Assembly: GCA_012719135.1 (NCBI GenBank)
Contig: JAAYAW010000003.1
Coordinates: 819-64,818 of the forward strand
Reading direction: 5' to 3'
Source of the DNA: Chloroflexota bacterium
GTDB taxonomy: Bacteria; Chloroflexota; Anaerolineae; UBA1429
DNA length: 64,000 nt
The notes under the pieces are model-generated. The model was not told the DNA's origin and did no database searches. It saw only the letters and a program-made list of their open reading frames with translations. Numbering within the stretch: position 1 is the first letter of the stretch; each line of letters begins with the position of its first letter. A program made the position numbers and the translations under genes. Shown here piece after piece: positions 16,738-26,285 of the stretch.

Positions 16738-17574
16738 CTAGTCGATGCGCTCGACCAGAAAGAAAGCGCAACAGCAGTCAAAGGGAAGTTCGTCCACTGC
16801 CCGCCGGTAGATGTCAGACTGCCAATCCTGCCGCACGGAACGTCCACTGAGGTGCAGTGCATCGCCCTGTCTCGCCAGGGTTGCTCCGCTGGCATCCTGC
16901 ACGCTCAGCGATCCGCCGGCGGCGACGATACGCCATCCCTGTGGCCAGAGGAGCGTCACGGGCCCGGGGCTGAGGCCCGTCTGCAACCTGATGCAGCGCT
17001 CGTTGTCATAGTGCACCAGGGTGCCCTGGATCTGTGTGGCCTCGCCGAGGCGGCTGACGAAGGCCGGCTGGTAATAGAGCGCCAAAGCCGGGTGGTACCC
17101 CGGCGATAGAATCGTGTAGCTGAAGAGCGGTGAGCTTTCGGGAAAGTTCGGCGCGAACCCCTCGCCTACGACAAAGTAGTCGCCTCGACATGCTTCGGGT
17201 ATTTGCGACTCGGTCTCTGGATCGATCGCGCTCAGATAGCCCCCGCCCATGCGCACTTCCTCGCCGAGCCGAACGCGTGTGCCCTGGCCGTCTGACACGG
17301 AGATCTCGCCATCCTGCGCCTCCAGGGAGAACTCGGCGGGCCAGACGGGCAACACGCGTCCCGCACCCACCAGTCCCTCGACCCAAAGGCACCCCTCGCC
17401 CTCGACGAGGGTGCCCGTGAGGGCGGCCGTCATGCTCGAAGACTCGCCGGAGAGCGCCTCCTGCCGCGGGAAGGCGACGCTCGTCTCAACGGACGGCGGC
17501 GCGAGCGCCCGCGGCTCCCGGCACGCCGAGAGCGTCAGCGCCAACAGGATCATCAAGAGTGCTCTGCGGGACAT
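16738..17574 (-). CDS. Lipoprotein, hypothetical
   Basis: The signal peptide MSRRALLMILLALTLSAC carries a lipobox (LSAC). I chose the start at ATG 17574. I recognised no family. Confidence 0.5.
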   Translation of the reverse strand: MSRRALLMILLALTLSACREPRALAPPSVETSVAFPRQEALSGESSSMTAALTGTLVEGEGCLWVEGLVGAGRVLPVWPAEFSLEAQDGEISVSDGQGTRVRLGEEVRMGGGYLSAIDPETESQIPEACRGDYFVVGEGFAPNFPESSPLFSYTILSPGYHPALALYYQPAFVSRLGEATQIQGTLVHYDNERCIRLQTGLSPGPVTLLWPQGWRIVAAGGSLSVQDASGATLARQGDALHLSGRSVRQDWQSDIYRRAVDELPFDCCCAFFLVERID

Positions 17575-17685
17575 GCGGCCCCTGCCTTTCGGTCGATAGG
17601 CTCCTGTGTCGTCGCGAGTGGGACGGTCGAACGGGCAGCCAGGCCGCATCGATCGCACAGGCCAGGCTTCCCCGGAGGGCCGTCC

Positions 17686-18699
17686 TCACATGTTGATAAT
17701 GACCTTCATGCCGGACCGGCTTACCACGGTCTCAAAGGCCGCGCTGATCTCCTCCAGAGGGAAGCGGTGGCTGATGAGCGGGAGCACGTGCACCTGCTCG
17801 CGGGCGATCAGGTCCAGGGCCGTGCGAAAGCCCGACGGCGTGAGATGATAGCTCCCCGTGATCCAGAGCTGCCGGTAGTGGATGGTGTTCGGGTCCAGAG
17901 CGATGGTGGTGCTGGGGTAGGTCCCCGCAAAGTAGTTGACGCAGCCGCCCGGCGCAGCAAGCTCCAGTGCCTGCATCTCCGCGGTGGGGGAGCCCACGGC
18001 GACGATGACCGCCTCGGCTCCCAGGCCCCCGGTCAGCGCCTGGACCTGCGCGACCAGGTCCGGGTCGCGGCCGTTAAGCGCGGCAAAAGCGCCCAGCTCA
18101 CGGGCCAGCGCCAGGCGCTCCTCCAGCATGTCCACCGCGATCACGCGCGCTCCGCGCAGGCGCATCAGCTGAGCCAGAAGTTGCCCGATGGGCCCCGCCC
18201 CCATGATCACGGCGGTATCGCCGAGCCGGATCGGGGTGCGCTCGGCTCCGTTGATGCAGCAGGCCAGCGGCTCGGTGAACGCAGCGGCCTCGTAGCTCAC
18301 CCCCTCGGGGATAGGCTCCAGCGCGATGGGCACGGCCCTGCCGACAGTCTGGAAGCCTCCCTCGATGGCCGGAAGGCGATTCAGGCAAAGGTTGAACAAT
18401 CCGCGCTGGCAGTTGCGGCACATCCCGCACACGCGCTGCACAAAGGCGGCCACCCGATCCCCGGGCCGCACGCCGCCGACGTTCTCGCCGACTTCCAGCA
18501 CTTGACCAACCCACTCATGCCCCACGGTGCGAGGGTACTCGGTGTTCGCTCGATCGCCGGTGTACATTCGGACGTCACTGGGGCAAACGCCGCAGCTGCG
18601 GATGGCGATCCGAACTTCATCTGGCCCGTATTCGGGGGCCATCACGTCCTCCACGCGAAAGGCGTGCGGGCCCATCAGCAGGGCGCGCCTCATCTCCAT
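17686..18699 (-). CDS. Zinc-dependent alcohol/polyol dehydrogenase (threonine/sorbitol dehydrogenase-like MDR)
   Basis: CGVCPSD(x)GHEWVG is the catalytic Zn site, C..C..C..C the structural Zn site, and GAGPIGQL the NAD-binding motif. Confidence 0.8.
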   Translation of the reverse strand: MEMRRALLMGPHAFRVEDVMAPEYGPDEVRIAIRSCGVCPSDVRMYTGDRANTEYPRTVGHEWVGQVLEVGENVGGVRPGDRVAAFVQRVCGMCRNCQRGLFNLCLNRLPAIEGGFQTVGRAVPIALEPIPEGVSYEAAAFTEPLACCINGAERTPIRLGDTAVIMGAGPIGQLLAQLMRLRGARVIAVDMLEERLALARELGAFAALNGRDPDLVAQVQALTGGLGAEAVIVAVGSPTAEMQALELAAPGGCVNYFAGTYPSTTIALDPNTIHYRQLWITGSYHLTPSGFRTALDLIAREQVHVLPLISHRFPLEEISAAFETVVSRSGMKVIINM

Positions 18700-18882
18700 C
18701 CGGGTTCCTCCCCTTCCAGCTCCCGGGTGTGACTGTACCGGGCGTCATTCTCCCACGGGTCACGTTTCGGGGCAAACTGTCCCGGGGCTTGACACCGGCC
18801 ATACGTTGGCTAGCATTCGGTGCGGCAGCGTCATGATCCGGCCCTGGCGTCAGTGCGCCGCCGGCGCACCTGGAGGGACAAG

Positions 18883-19671
18883 ATGTGGTTCCGCGCCTTA
18901 CGCCTGGCGTGCTTGCTGGCCGTATTGATGATGGCGGGCTGCGGGCCGCGGGCTTCCGGGCCGGCCGGCCCGGTAGGCTCCCTTCAGACGCCCAACGCTG
19001 CAGCGGGGGAACCGGAAGGACCCGGCCCCGGTGTCGGCACGGAGGAGCCTGGTCGCTCCGAGAGCGAGTTCCGGGAGGCACTCACCGCTCGAGAGGCGTG
19101 GGAGCTGGCGGAGGCCGAGGCCGAGGCGCGCGCCCAGGGCCCGGGCTATGAGTTGTACGAGGTCACCGGTTGCCACAAGGCCGCACCATATGGGAGCTAT
19201 GAGCGGGATAGCCATCTGGTGCAGGGCACCTGCGCGCAGTGGATGTTCTTTTACGTCCGCCCGGTCGAGCCGGGCAGCGCGCAAGGCTACACGGCGCTCT
19301 ATCTCCGCGTCGGCCCGAACGGGGTGCTTGAGGCGGTGGAAGAGCCGCACGAGGCGCAGGTTCGCAAGCAACCCATCGGTGTTGCCGCTGGCTGGGCGAT
19401 CGACAGCCCGGAGGCTATCGAGATCGCCGAGGAGGCAGGCGGGCGCGCCTATCGCGAGGCGAACCCGGAATGGGACACGGCGCGCTTTGAGGCCGATCGT
19501 AACGCCCTTCTGATGGCGACGCTGCACACCCGCCCCTACTTTGAGCCGGATAGCGGCGAGGAGTACGCGGGCAGCGACGGGCTGGTTTGGACGGTGACCT
19601 ACCCGCCGCTGAGGGCGCTGCTCTACGTGATCGATGGGACAACCGGCGAGGTGCTCCTGGAACAGGATTAG
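18883..19671 (+). CDS. Lipoprotein, hypothetical
   Basis: The signal peptide is MWFRALRLACLLAVLMMAGC (lipobox) and there is a GGAGGG RBS. I recognised no family. Confidence 0.5.
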   Translation: MWFRALRLACLLAVLMMAGCGPRASGPAGPVGSLQTPNAAAGEPEGPGPGVGTEEPGRSESEFREALTAREAWELAEAEAEARAQGPGYELYEVTGCHKAAPYGSYERDSHLVQGTCAQWMFFYVRPVEPGSAQGYTALYLRVGPNGVLEAVEEPHEAQVRKQPIGVAAGWAIDSPEAIEIAEEAGGRAYREANPEWDTARFEADRNALLMATLHTRPYFEPDSGEEYAGSDGLVWTVTYPPLRALLYVIDGTTGEVLLEQD

Positions 19672-19812
19672 CGAAACGGGGGCCCGGTACCGGCAGCCTG
19701 GGTCCGCCGTGAGGCGCGTGTCCCACCCGGAGGCCGAGTGCCGATGTGGCAGACCTTGGCGGCCGGAACGGCCGGCTGCGGACCACTATCTACACAGACG
19801 AAGGAGCCTTTC

Positions 19813-21012
19813 ATGTCCAGCGGAATCGCAGAAAAGCACGGGTTCTCCTCGCCACGCCTGGCGCGGATCACGGCGCACATGCGGCGCTATGTGGATAAGG
19901 GCATACTTCCCGGCATCGCCACCCTTGTCTCACGAAACGGAGAGATCGTTCACCAGAGCGCCGTGGGTTGGGCTGACGTCGCCGCGCGTAAGCCTCTGGG
20001 TGCGGACGCAATCTATCGCATCTACTCCATGTCCAAGCCGATTACTGTGGCTGCGCTGCTGACGCTCTTTGAGGAAGGACGCTTCCAGCTCGATGACGAG
20101 GCCGCGCGCTACTTGCCAGAGCTCGGGCGGATGCAGGTGTTGCGGGGCATGGACGGAGGCCGCCCCGTGCTTTCGCCGCCCAGCAGGCCGATGACGGTAC
20201 GTCACCTGTTGACCCACACCGCCGGCTTAACCTATGGGATGTTCGGTGATGACACCGAGCCGGGGGAACGGATGTACGCCGAGTCCGGGCTCCTGCAGGT
20301 GGACCGCACGCTGGAAGAGATGATGCCCCTGATGGCGGAGCTGCCACTCCTCTTTGATCCGGGCGAGCGCTGGAACTATTCCGTATCCATCGATGTGCTT
20401 GGTCGCCTGATTGAGGTCCTGTCGGGGGAGCCCTTTGACGCCTTTCTGCGAGAACGCGTCTTTGAGCCGCTGGGCATGGCGGATACCGGCTTTTGGGTAT
20501 CTGAGGACTCTGCCAGGCTGGCCACCCTGTACAGCACCGCTCCAGATGGGAGGCTGACTCCCATCGAATCGCCTGGCGGACCTTACGATGCCCCCCGCGC
20601 GCTCCTGTCGGGCGGTGGCGGGCTCGTGTCCACAATCGGCGACTACTGGCGCTTTGGGCAGATGCTGGTCAACGGGGGTGTGCTGAACGGGGTGCGCGTG
20701 CTGGCGCCGGGCACCATCCGCCTGATGGGCAGCAACCACCTGCCGGCACATATTCGCTACTATGGCAGCCCACCTCACGTCGGATACGGATTCGGCCTGG
20801 GCGTGCGGGTGCTGCGCAATCCCGTTGCTGCGGGCGAACTCTGCTCTGCGGGTAGCTTCGGCTGGTCCGGGCTGGCGACCACCAACGCGTGGGTGGATCC
20901 GGCCGCGGGCATCGTCGGCGTCATCATGATGCAGTACATCTCGCCACCGGAGACGACGATACCCACGGAGATTGAGTTCCGGAACCTGACCTATCAGGCC
21001 CTTACCGATTGA
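19813..21012 (+). CDS. Serine hydrolase, beta-lactamase/transpeptidase-like (class C esterase family)
   Basis: SMSK is the S-x-x-K motif and YSVSIDVL a Y-x-N-like motif. There is no signal peptide and an AAGGAG RBS, so probably a cytoplasmic esterase. Confidence 0.75.
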   Translation: MSSGIAEKHGFSSPRLARITAHMRRYVDKGILPGIATLVSRNGEIVHQSAVGWADVAARKPLGADAIYRIYSMSKPITVAALLTLFEEGRFQLDDEAARYLPELGRMQVLRGMDGGRPVLSPPSRPMTVRHLLTHTAGLTYGMFGDDTEPGERMYAESGLLQVDRTLEEMMPLMAELPLLFDPGERWNYSVSIDVLGRLIEVLSGEPFDAFLRERVFEPLGMADTGFWVSEDSARLATLYSTAPDGRLTPIESPGGPYDAPRALLSGGGGLVSTIGDYWRFGQMLVNGGVLNGVRVLAPGTIRLMGSNHLPAHIRYYGSPPHVGYGFGLGVRVLRNPVAAGELCSAGSFGWSGLATTNAWVDPAAGIVGVIMMQYISPPETTIPTEIEFRNLTYQALTD

Positions 21013-21025
21013 GATCTCGGCAGCA

Positions 21026-21053
21026 GGGGGCCGCCGGCGCGCCGGCGGCCCCC
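21026..21053. terminator. Perfect 28-nt GC palindrome between convergent genes (bidirectional terminator-like hairpin)
   Basis: GGGGGCCGCCGGCGCGCCGGCGGCCCCC lies between the beta-lactamase-like (+) stop and the ogt (-) stop. Confidence 0.45.
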
Positions 21054-21063
21054 TGAGCAACCG

Positions 21064-21615
21064 TCAGTAGACGAACCGATCGGTAGGTGCCCGGCCGTCC
21101 GGCAACAGCGATATCCCTTCCAGCGCCAGCAGGGCGCGTTTCATCTCGAGTCCGCCGGCATAGCCGCCCAGGCTGCCATCGGAACGCACCGCCCGATGGC
21201 ACGGGATCAGGATGGGGAAGGGGTTGGTGCCCAGAGCCGTGCCCACGGCGCGGGCAGCCCGCGGATGGCCCACGTGTGAGGCGATGCGTCCGTAGCTGCT
21301 GAGCCGCCCACGCGGGATGGCGTGCTCTGCCCGGAGGACGCGCTGCTGAAAGGCGCCGCACCGCTCCAGAACCATCTGATCCAGGGAAAATGTGACGATC
21401 TCACCGCGGAGATAGCGGGCAAGGTCGCCGGCCAGAGCCTCCATCGCCGGATCTCGCGCCGGCTGTGCGGCCGGATCCAGCGCCCGGAGTCTCTCCTCCG
21501 AAGCCCCGCCGGGGAGGGTCAGAAGCGCCCCCAGAAGGCGGGCGTCAGTGCCTCCCGCCCAGTAGAGCGTGATAGACCCTGGCTCCCAGGGCACCGTGAT
21601 GTATGCCAGTGACAT
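21064..21615 (-). CDS. ogt: Methylated-DNA--protein-cysteine methyltransferase
   Basis: ILIPCHRAV is the active-site PCHR motif and the C-terminus is an MGMT domain. Confidence 0.85.
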   Translation of the reverse strand: MSLAYITVPWEPGSITLYWAGGTDARLLGALLTLPGGASEERLRALDPAAQPARDPAMEALAGDLARYLRGEIVTFSLDQMVLERCGAFQQRVLRAEHAIPRGRLSSYGRIASHVGHPRAARAVGTALGTNPFPILIPCHRAVRSDGSLGGYAGGLEMKRALLALEGISLLPDGRAPTDRFVY

Positions 21616-21627
21616 CGGGGCGCCCGC

Positions 21628-22617
21628 TCAGGTGGCCTGGGGCGCATCCCGGTAGGTGGGCACGCCCTCCTGCTCAAAGATGCGATCGATCTCCTCTCTT
21701 TCCGCCTCGGAGAGCTTCCATTCCGCGGCCGCTACGTTTTCGTGCAACTCATGCGGGTTGCGGATGCCCACCAGGCCCACCGTAATGGCGGGGTTGCTCA
21801 GCACCCACGCCAGGGCCAGCTGTGCCACCGAGTGGGCGCTATCCGCCGCCAGGCTCTTGAGTCGCTCCACGGCCTTTAGGGTCCGCAGGAAGGCCTGGCG
21901 CTCGAACAGCGGCAGCCCGAACGCGTCACCTTTGCTGCGCCAGTCCCAGTCCACAAAGGTCGTCTCCGGCGTGAAGGCTCCGGCCAGCAGGCCAAAGGCG
22001 AGCGAGCCGTAGGCCATATACCCGATGCCGTTGGCCTGGCAGAACGGGATGACCTCCCGCTCCATGCGGCGATCCAGCAGGTTGTACCCCACCTGATTCG
22101 CCGATAGATGCCCGACCGCCTCACAGGCCTGCATCATCTCCACGGTATAGTTGGACACGCCGTAATGACGTATCTTGCCGGCCTGCTTGAGGCTCTCCAG
22201 TGCGCCAATGACGTCCTCGTACGGGGTCTTGTGATCGGGCCAGTGGATGAGGAGAAGGTCGACATAATCAGTCTGAAGCCGCTGGAGACATCCTTCGGCA
22301 TGCGTCAGGATCGTCTGTGGGCTGGAATCGCGCCCCTGGTTGACGTTGTTCTCATCCACGTTGAACCCGACTTTAGTGACGAGGACCACTTCCTTTCGGC
22401 GGCCGCCGAGTGCCTTGCCGAGGATCTCCTCGCTGTGCCGTGGGCCGTAGACCTCAGCCGTGTCTATCAGCGTGATGCCTGCATCGATGGCCTGGTTGAT
22501 GGCCAGGCTGGCCTGCTGCACGTCGATCTCGCCGTACTGGGTTGTCCCCAACTCCCATGTGCCAAACCCGATGATGGACGTTTCCAGATCACTATCCCCA
22601 AAGCGACGCGTTTCCAT
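21628..22617 (-). CDS. Aldo/keto reductase
   Basis: The AKR catalytic tetrad context is present (DTAEVYG, HWPD, GVSNY). Confidence 0.85.
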   Translation of the reverse strand: METRRFGDSDLETSIIGFGTWELGTTQYGEIDVQQASLAINQAIDAGITLIDTAEVYGPRHSEEILGKALGGRRKEVVLVTKVGFNVDENNVNQGRDSSPQTILTHAEGCLQRLQTDYVDLLLIHWPDHKTPYEDVIGALESLKQAGKIRHYGVSNYTVEMMQACEAVGHLSANQVGYNLLDRRMEREVIPFCQANGIGYMAYGSLAFGLLAGAFTPETTFVDWDWRSKGDAFGLPLFERQAFLRTLKAVERLKSLAADSAHSVAQLALAWVLSNPAITVGLVGIRNPHELHENVAAAEWKLSEAEREEIDRIFEQEGVPTYRDAPQAT

Positions 22618-22826
22618 GTTCCCCCCCTGGGCATAACGTCACCGGTCCGGCGGACTACTCTCGGGTCCGATGCTAGCCGCAAACCGTGCGGTTGTCGATC
22701 CCTACATCGCATCACGCTGGCAGAACACCACATTCACCGAACCTTGATCCCGTCTTTATGAGCCCCTCACAACTGGCCCGGAGTGTGGTGGTATTGTGCA
22801 TGTGTTGCTGCTGCAGGTGCGCTCTG

Positions 22827-22894
22827 TTTGTAGTGCCGGGCGTCTCCCTTATACTGGCATGAGAGCCCGTGGCGGCGCCAGCCAGGGCTTTTTT
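22827..22894 (+). promoter_or_regulatory. Promoter-like TTGTAG-16-TATACT followed at once by a GC hairpin plus TTTTTT (leader terminator/attenuator-like) upstream of the metallophosphoesterase gene
   Basis: -35 at 22828-33 and -10 at 22850-55. A hairpin at about 22863-22888 is followed by a T6 run at 22889-22894. An 18-codon uORF (MRARGGASQGFFTAFAAP) spans the hairpin. Confidence 0.3.
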
Positions 22895-22945
22895 ACTGCG
22901 TTCGCGGCGCCATGAGTTCACCCCTATGGATAGGATGACCCCTGA

Positions 22946-23881
22946 ATGACAAAGGAACCCCGTACTCACCGGCCACCCCCACTCGGCCGGATCCAGCGCC
23001 GGCTGGATGAAGCGCTGAACCGTGCTTCTGTGGTCGAGTTCGACGATCGCTCCCGCTTTGTGTTCTTCTCGGACCTGCACCGAGGCGACAACGGTCCTGC
23101 GGACGCCTTTCGCCCCAATCGCAAGATTTTCCTGAGCGCGCTGACCCACTATGACAGGGATGGCTTTACGTACGTCGAGGTAGGCGATGGCGATGAGCTA
23201 TGGAAGAACCGCGATCTGACCGATATACGCTCCGCCCACAGGCCCATCTACCGGGCGATGGAGCGGCTCCGGGCTGCGGGGCGGTTGTTTGTGCTGGTCG
23301 GGAACCATCAGCTCGTACGCCAGGGCTGCCGGCTCGCTACTGCCGGGCCGGGCTATGATGAGGCGCTGTTGCTGCGCCATCGTGACCGTGATGTCCGCCT
23401 GCTGGTGACTCATGGACATCAGGCGGATAGGGGCGTCTCGCGCCTGTACGGCGTGGTCCGGCCGGTTGTGCGCTACCTCTGGCGGCGCCTGCAGAGCCAC
23501 GGGCTGAGAACGTCGCTCCCGGAGCCGGATGAGCCGCAGGCCGGGCTCAGCCCCATTCAGGGCGCGGTGGTCTGGTCCCGCCGCAATCAGGCTCGCCTCG
23601 AAGGTCGGATTCTGGCCTGGTTGGAGCGAGCCGGTAATCTGGGGATCATCTGCGGCCACACTCACCGGCCGGCCTTTGCGGCCGCCGGAGGGCTGCCCTA
23701 CTACAATACCGGCAGCGGCGTCCATCCGGGGTACATCACCGGGCTTGAGATCGCCGACGGAGCCATCAGCCTGGTTTCCTGGACCAGCGAGGTCAAGGAT
23801 GGTCCGGGGGCCAAGTCGCTGAGCTCCGGGACTCCACGGCGGGTCGTCCTGGCTGGCCCACACCCCCTGGCAGAAAGATAG
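22946..23881 (+). CDS. Metallophosphoesterase (calcineurin-like)
   Basis: Motifs FFSDLHRGDNG, GNHQ and GHTHRP are present. Confidence 0.75.
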   Translation: MTKEPRTHRPPPLGRIQRRLDEALNRASVVEFDDRSRFVFFSDLHRGDNGPADAFRPNRKIFLSALTHYDRDGFTYVEVGDGDELWKNRDLTDIRSAHRPIYRAMERLRAAGRLFVLVGNHQLVRQGCRLATAGPGYDEALLLRHRDRDVRLLVTHGHQADRGVSRLYGVVRPVVRYLWRRLQSHGLRTSLPEPDEPQAGLSPIQGAVVWSRRNQARLEGRILAWLERAGNLGIICGHTHRPAFAAAGGLPYYNTGSGVHPGYITGLEIADGAISLVSWTSEVKDGPGAKSLSSGTPRRVVLAGPHPLAER

Positions 23882-24105
23882 TATCTGGCTTCCTCCCAAC
23901 CAGGCGTCGCAGAGGTGGACAGGCCGCCCCCTCTGGCCTACAGTGGCGCTGTATATCCTTGCGAGTAACTGGGTCGAGAACTCTGTACCGGCCTGCGGGG
24001 GCGCTCGCGCCAAAGGCCTGCAGGCAGGCCACGCGCCGCACAGGTCCGATCCGGATCGTAGTCGCAGAGGACCATTTCACACCATACCCCACAGGAGCCA
24101 GGAAC

Positions 24106-25005
24106 ATGTCCCCAGAGCGCCTTGATCTCTCACCGGTCGGCCCAAAGGTTTCGCGCTTGGCTCAGGGGTGGGGCAGCGTCGTACGCGAGGGGCTGAGCGT
24201 GCGTGATGCCACCGCGCACGTCCACGATCTTCTCGATGCGGGCATCACCACCATGGACATCGCCGCCATCTACGGCGAAGGCCGGGCAGAGGGCGTTTTG
24301 GGTGCTGCTCTTGCTGCTGAGCCCGGTCTCAGGGACCGGGTCGAGATCATCACCAAGTGCGCCATCGGCAACTTTGGCACGCCCATCTACCACTATGACA
24401 GCTCGCGTGAGCACATCGTCTCTTCGGCGGAGCACTCTCTCCGGGAGTTGCGCACGGATCGACTGGATGTGCTGATGCTGCACCGGCCGGATATGCTCCT
24501 CGACGCGGATCAGGTCGCCGAGGCCTACACCTCACTGAGAGAGGCGGGCAAGGTCCTGTTCTTTGGAGTCTCCAACTTTAACATCCATCAGTTTGATCTG
24601 CTTTCCTCGCGCCTGGCGTTCCCCCTGGTTACCAACGAGATCCAGTGCTCGGTGCTGCATCTGGATGCCTGGCGCGATGGCACGCTGGATCAGTGCCAGG
24701 AGAGGCGCATTCATCCGCTGGCTTGGAGTCCGCTGGGCGGGGGCAGCCTGTTTCGCGGCGATACGCCACAGGCTCAGAGGCTAAGAGATGAGCTGGCTCG
24801 CGTCGGCGCCGAGCAGGGTGGGGCTTCCATCGATCAGGTTGCCCTGGCGTGGTTGCTCAAGCATCCAGCCGGGATCATTCCGATCCTGGGCTCGCTCCGC
24901 GGTGAGCGTCTCCCAGGAGTGGTGTCGGCCGCCGCGCTCGACTTGAGCCGGGAGCAATGGTACCGGATCTGGATGGCCTCGACCGGGGAGACGCGCCTGC
25001 CCTAA
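24106..25005 (+). CDS. Aldo/keto reductase (YdhF-like)
   Basis: AKR motifs are present. I chose the start at ATG 24106 after AGGAGCC; the ORF-track start at 23959 is probably too far upstream. Confidence 0.8.
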   Translation: MSPERLDLSPVGPKVSRLAQGWGSVVREGLSVRDATAHVHDLLDAGITTMDIAAIYGEGRAEGVLGAALAAEPGLRDRVEIITKCAIGNFGTPIYHYDSSREHIVSSAEHSLRELRTDRLDVLMLHRPDMLLDADQVAEAYTSLREAGKVLFFGVSNFNIHQFDLLSSRLAFPLVTNEIQCSVLHLDAWRDGTLDQCQERRIHPLAWSPLGGGSLFRGDTPQAQRLRDELARVGAEQGGASIDQVALAWLLKHPAGIIPILGSLRGERLPGVVSAAALDLSREQWYRIWMASTGETRLP

Positions 25006-26279
25006 GGCGCCGGAAGGGCGATCGCGCCCAGGCTGCCCGCCCTGGGCCGCAGGGCTAGCCCGGCGCCTCTTTCCGTGAGGAGGTCCAGCAGATCCGAACG
25101 GCTGCGAATGCCGACCGCAAGGTTCAGGTACGCGCTGAGCGATGGGCAGGTGGCTCTCAGGGCGCGGAGTTCGTCACCGATTGGGGTGGTCGAGCCGGGC
25201 GCGTCGGCGTAGGTTCCATGAAAGGCAAAGTAGGCCTGGTTCAGCTTACGGATGGCGTACCCCTGTTGCAGGAGCCCCTGGCGCCGGATCTCCATGTACT
25301 CCTCGGCCCCATCGATGGCGCCGGCGGCGAGCAACCGCTCGGCTTCCAGGCGCGTTTCCCGCATGTAGGCGCGGTAGTCAAAGGCGCCATCATCTGGCTC
25401 CCCGGAGGCCTGCGGCACCAGTTCCGTATAGTGCCGGCTCCACACCGCCGCGGCGATCTCGTCTCGCACCAGGCCCGCGAGCGACTCGTTGATCTGCGCC
25501 ACCTCATAGTCATCTCGCACGCCCAACAGATGGAGCACATAGTGCCATCCGAGAGGCGTAAAGGCCAGATACTGGTGCAGCCACTCCTCCGCCACCGTCT
25601 CGATGGCGTAGCGTAGCGAGCTCCTGTCGCTGACGATGGCGGGATAGGTGGCTGCGATGCCTCCGATCTCGGTCACCAGGGCAGAAAGACCCAGGCCCTC
25701 GATCTCTCCTTCGATCTCTTCAATGCTGGCCAGAGCGATCGTCTGCTCCAGCACCTCCTGGTGGAGGGAAGCGATCTCTTCACGGGGGGAGATGACCAGA
25801 ATGTGGGGAGGCGCCTCCAACGCGAACCAGACGGGGGGAAACGAAACGGGTATCCCGAGCAGGCGATCGGCCGGCCCGTAGATCCCCTCCGCTCGGAACG
25901 CCTCGCGCACCTGGCTGGCAAGAATGGACTCCACCGCCGGCCGGAGCCTCTCCAGGGCGTCCGCCTCCTCAACCACATCGGCCTCTGGCGTCTCCTCCAG
26001 AGCGCGATAAGCCTCCAGGCGGGCAAAGTAGGCCACCACGAAAGCGGCGGGCTCAATGCGCGCCTCCTCTGGAATCTCCAGAGGGCACAGCAGTTCGGCG
26101 TACTGGCGTGCATGCCAGCGAACGGCGGAAAAGCGATAGGGTGAGGCGATGGCGCGCACCTGGCTGAGCCGGTCGGCCGTCGCCCTGCCGCTCAGGACCA
26201 AAGCCACGCAGAGGGCGACAGCTACCCAGGCGCACCGATGAGGGCGACATGGGCCTTGCCGCTGCGGGTAGGATCTCAC
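25002..26279 (-). CDS. Hypothetical protein with an N-terminal signal/anchor (425 aa)
   Basis: The N-terminus has a hydrophobic segment, AWVAVALCVALVLSG. I recognised no family. Confidence 0.45.
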   Translation of the reverse strand: MRSYPQRQGPCRPHRCAWVAVALCVALVLSGRATADRLSQVRAIASPYRFSAVRWHARQYAELLCPLEIPEEARIEPAAFVVAYFARLEAYRALEETPEADVVEEADALERLRPAVESILASQVREAFRAEGIYGPADRLLGIPVSFPPVWFALEAPPHILVISPREEIASLHQEVLEQTIALASIEEIEGEIEGLGLSALVTEIGGIAATYPAIVSDRSSLRYAIETVAEEWLHQYLAFTPLGWHYVLHLLGVRDDYEVAQINESLAGLVRDEIAAAVWSRHYTELVPQASGEPDDGAFDYRAYMRETRLEAERLLAAGAIDGAEEYMEIRRQGLLQQGYAIRKLNQAYFAFHGTYADAPGSTTPIGDELRALRATCPSLSAYLNLAVGIRSRSDLLDLLTERGAGLALRPRAGSLGAIALPAP

Positions 26280-26285
26280 AGTTGG

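Noticed and set aside
17767-18732. 321-aa + ORF antisense to the second Zn-ADH, and 27655..29004 + antisense to the pdxA-family gene
   Set aside because: The opposite strands carry unambiguous catalytic motifs. These are GC-rich antisense frames.
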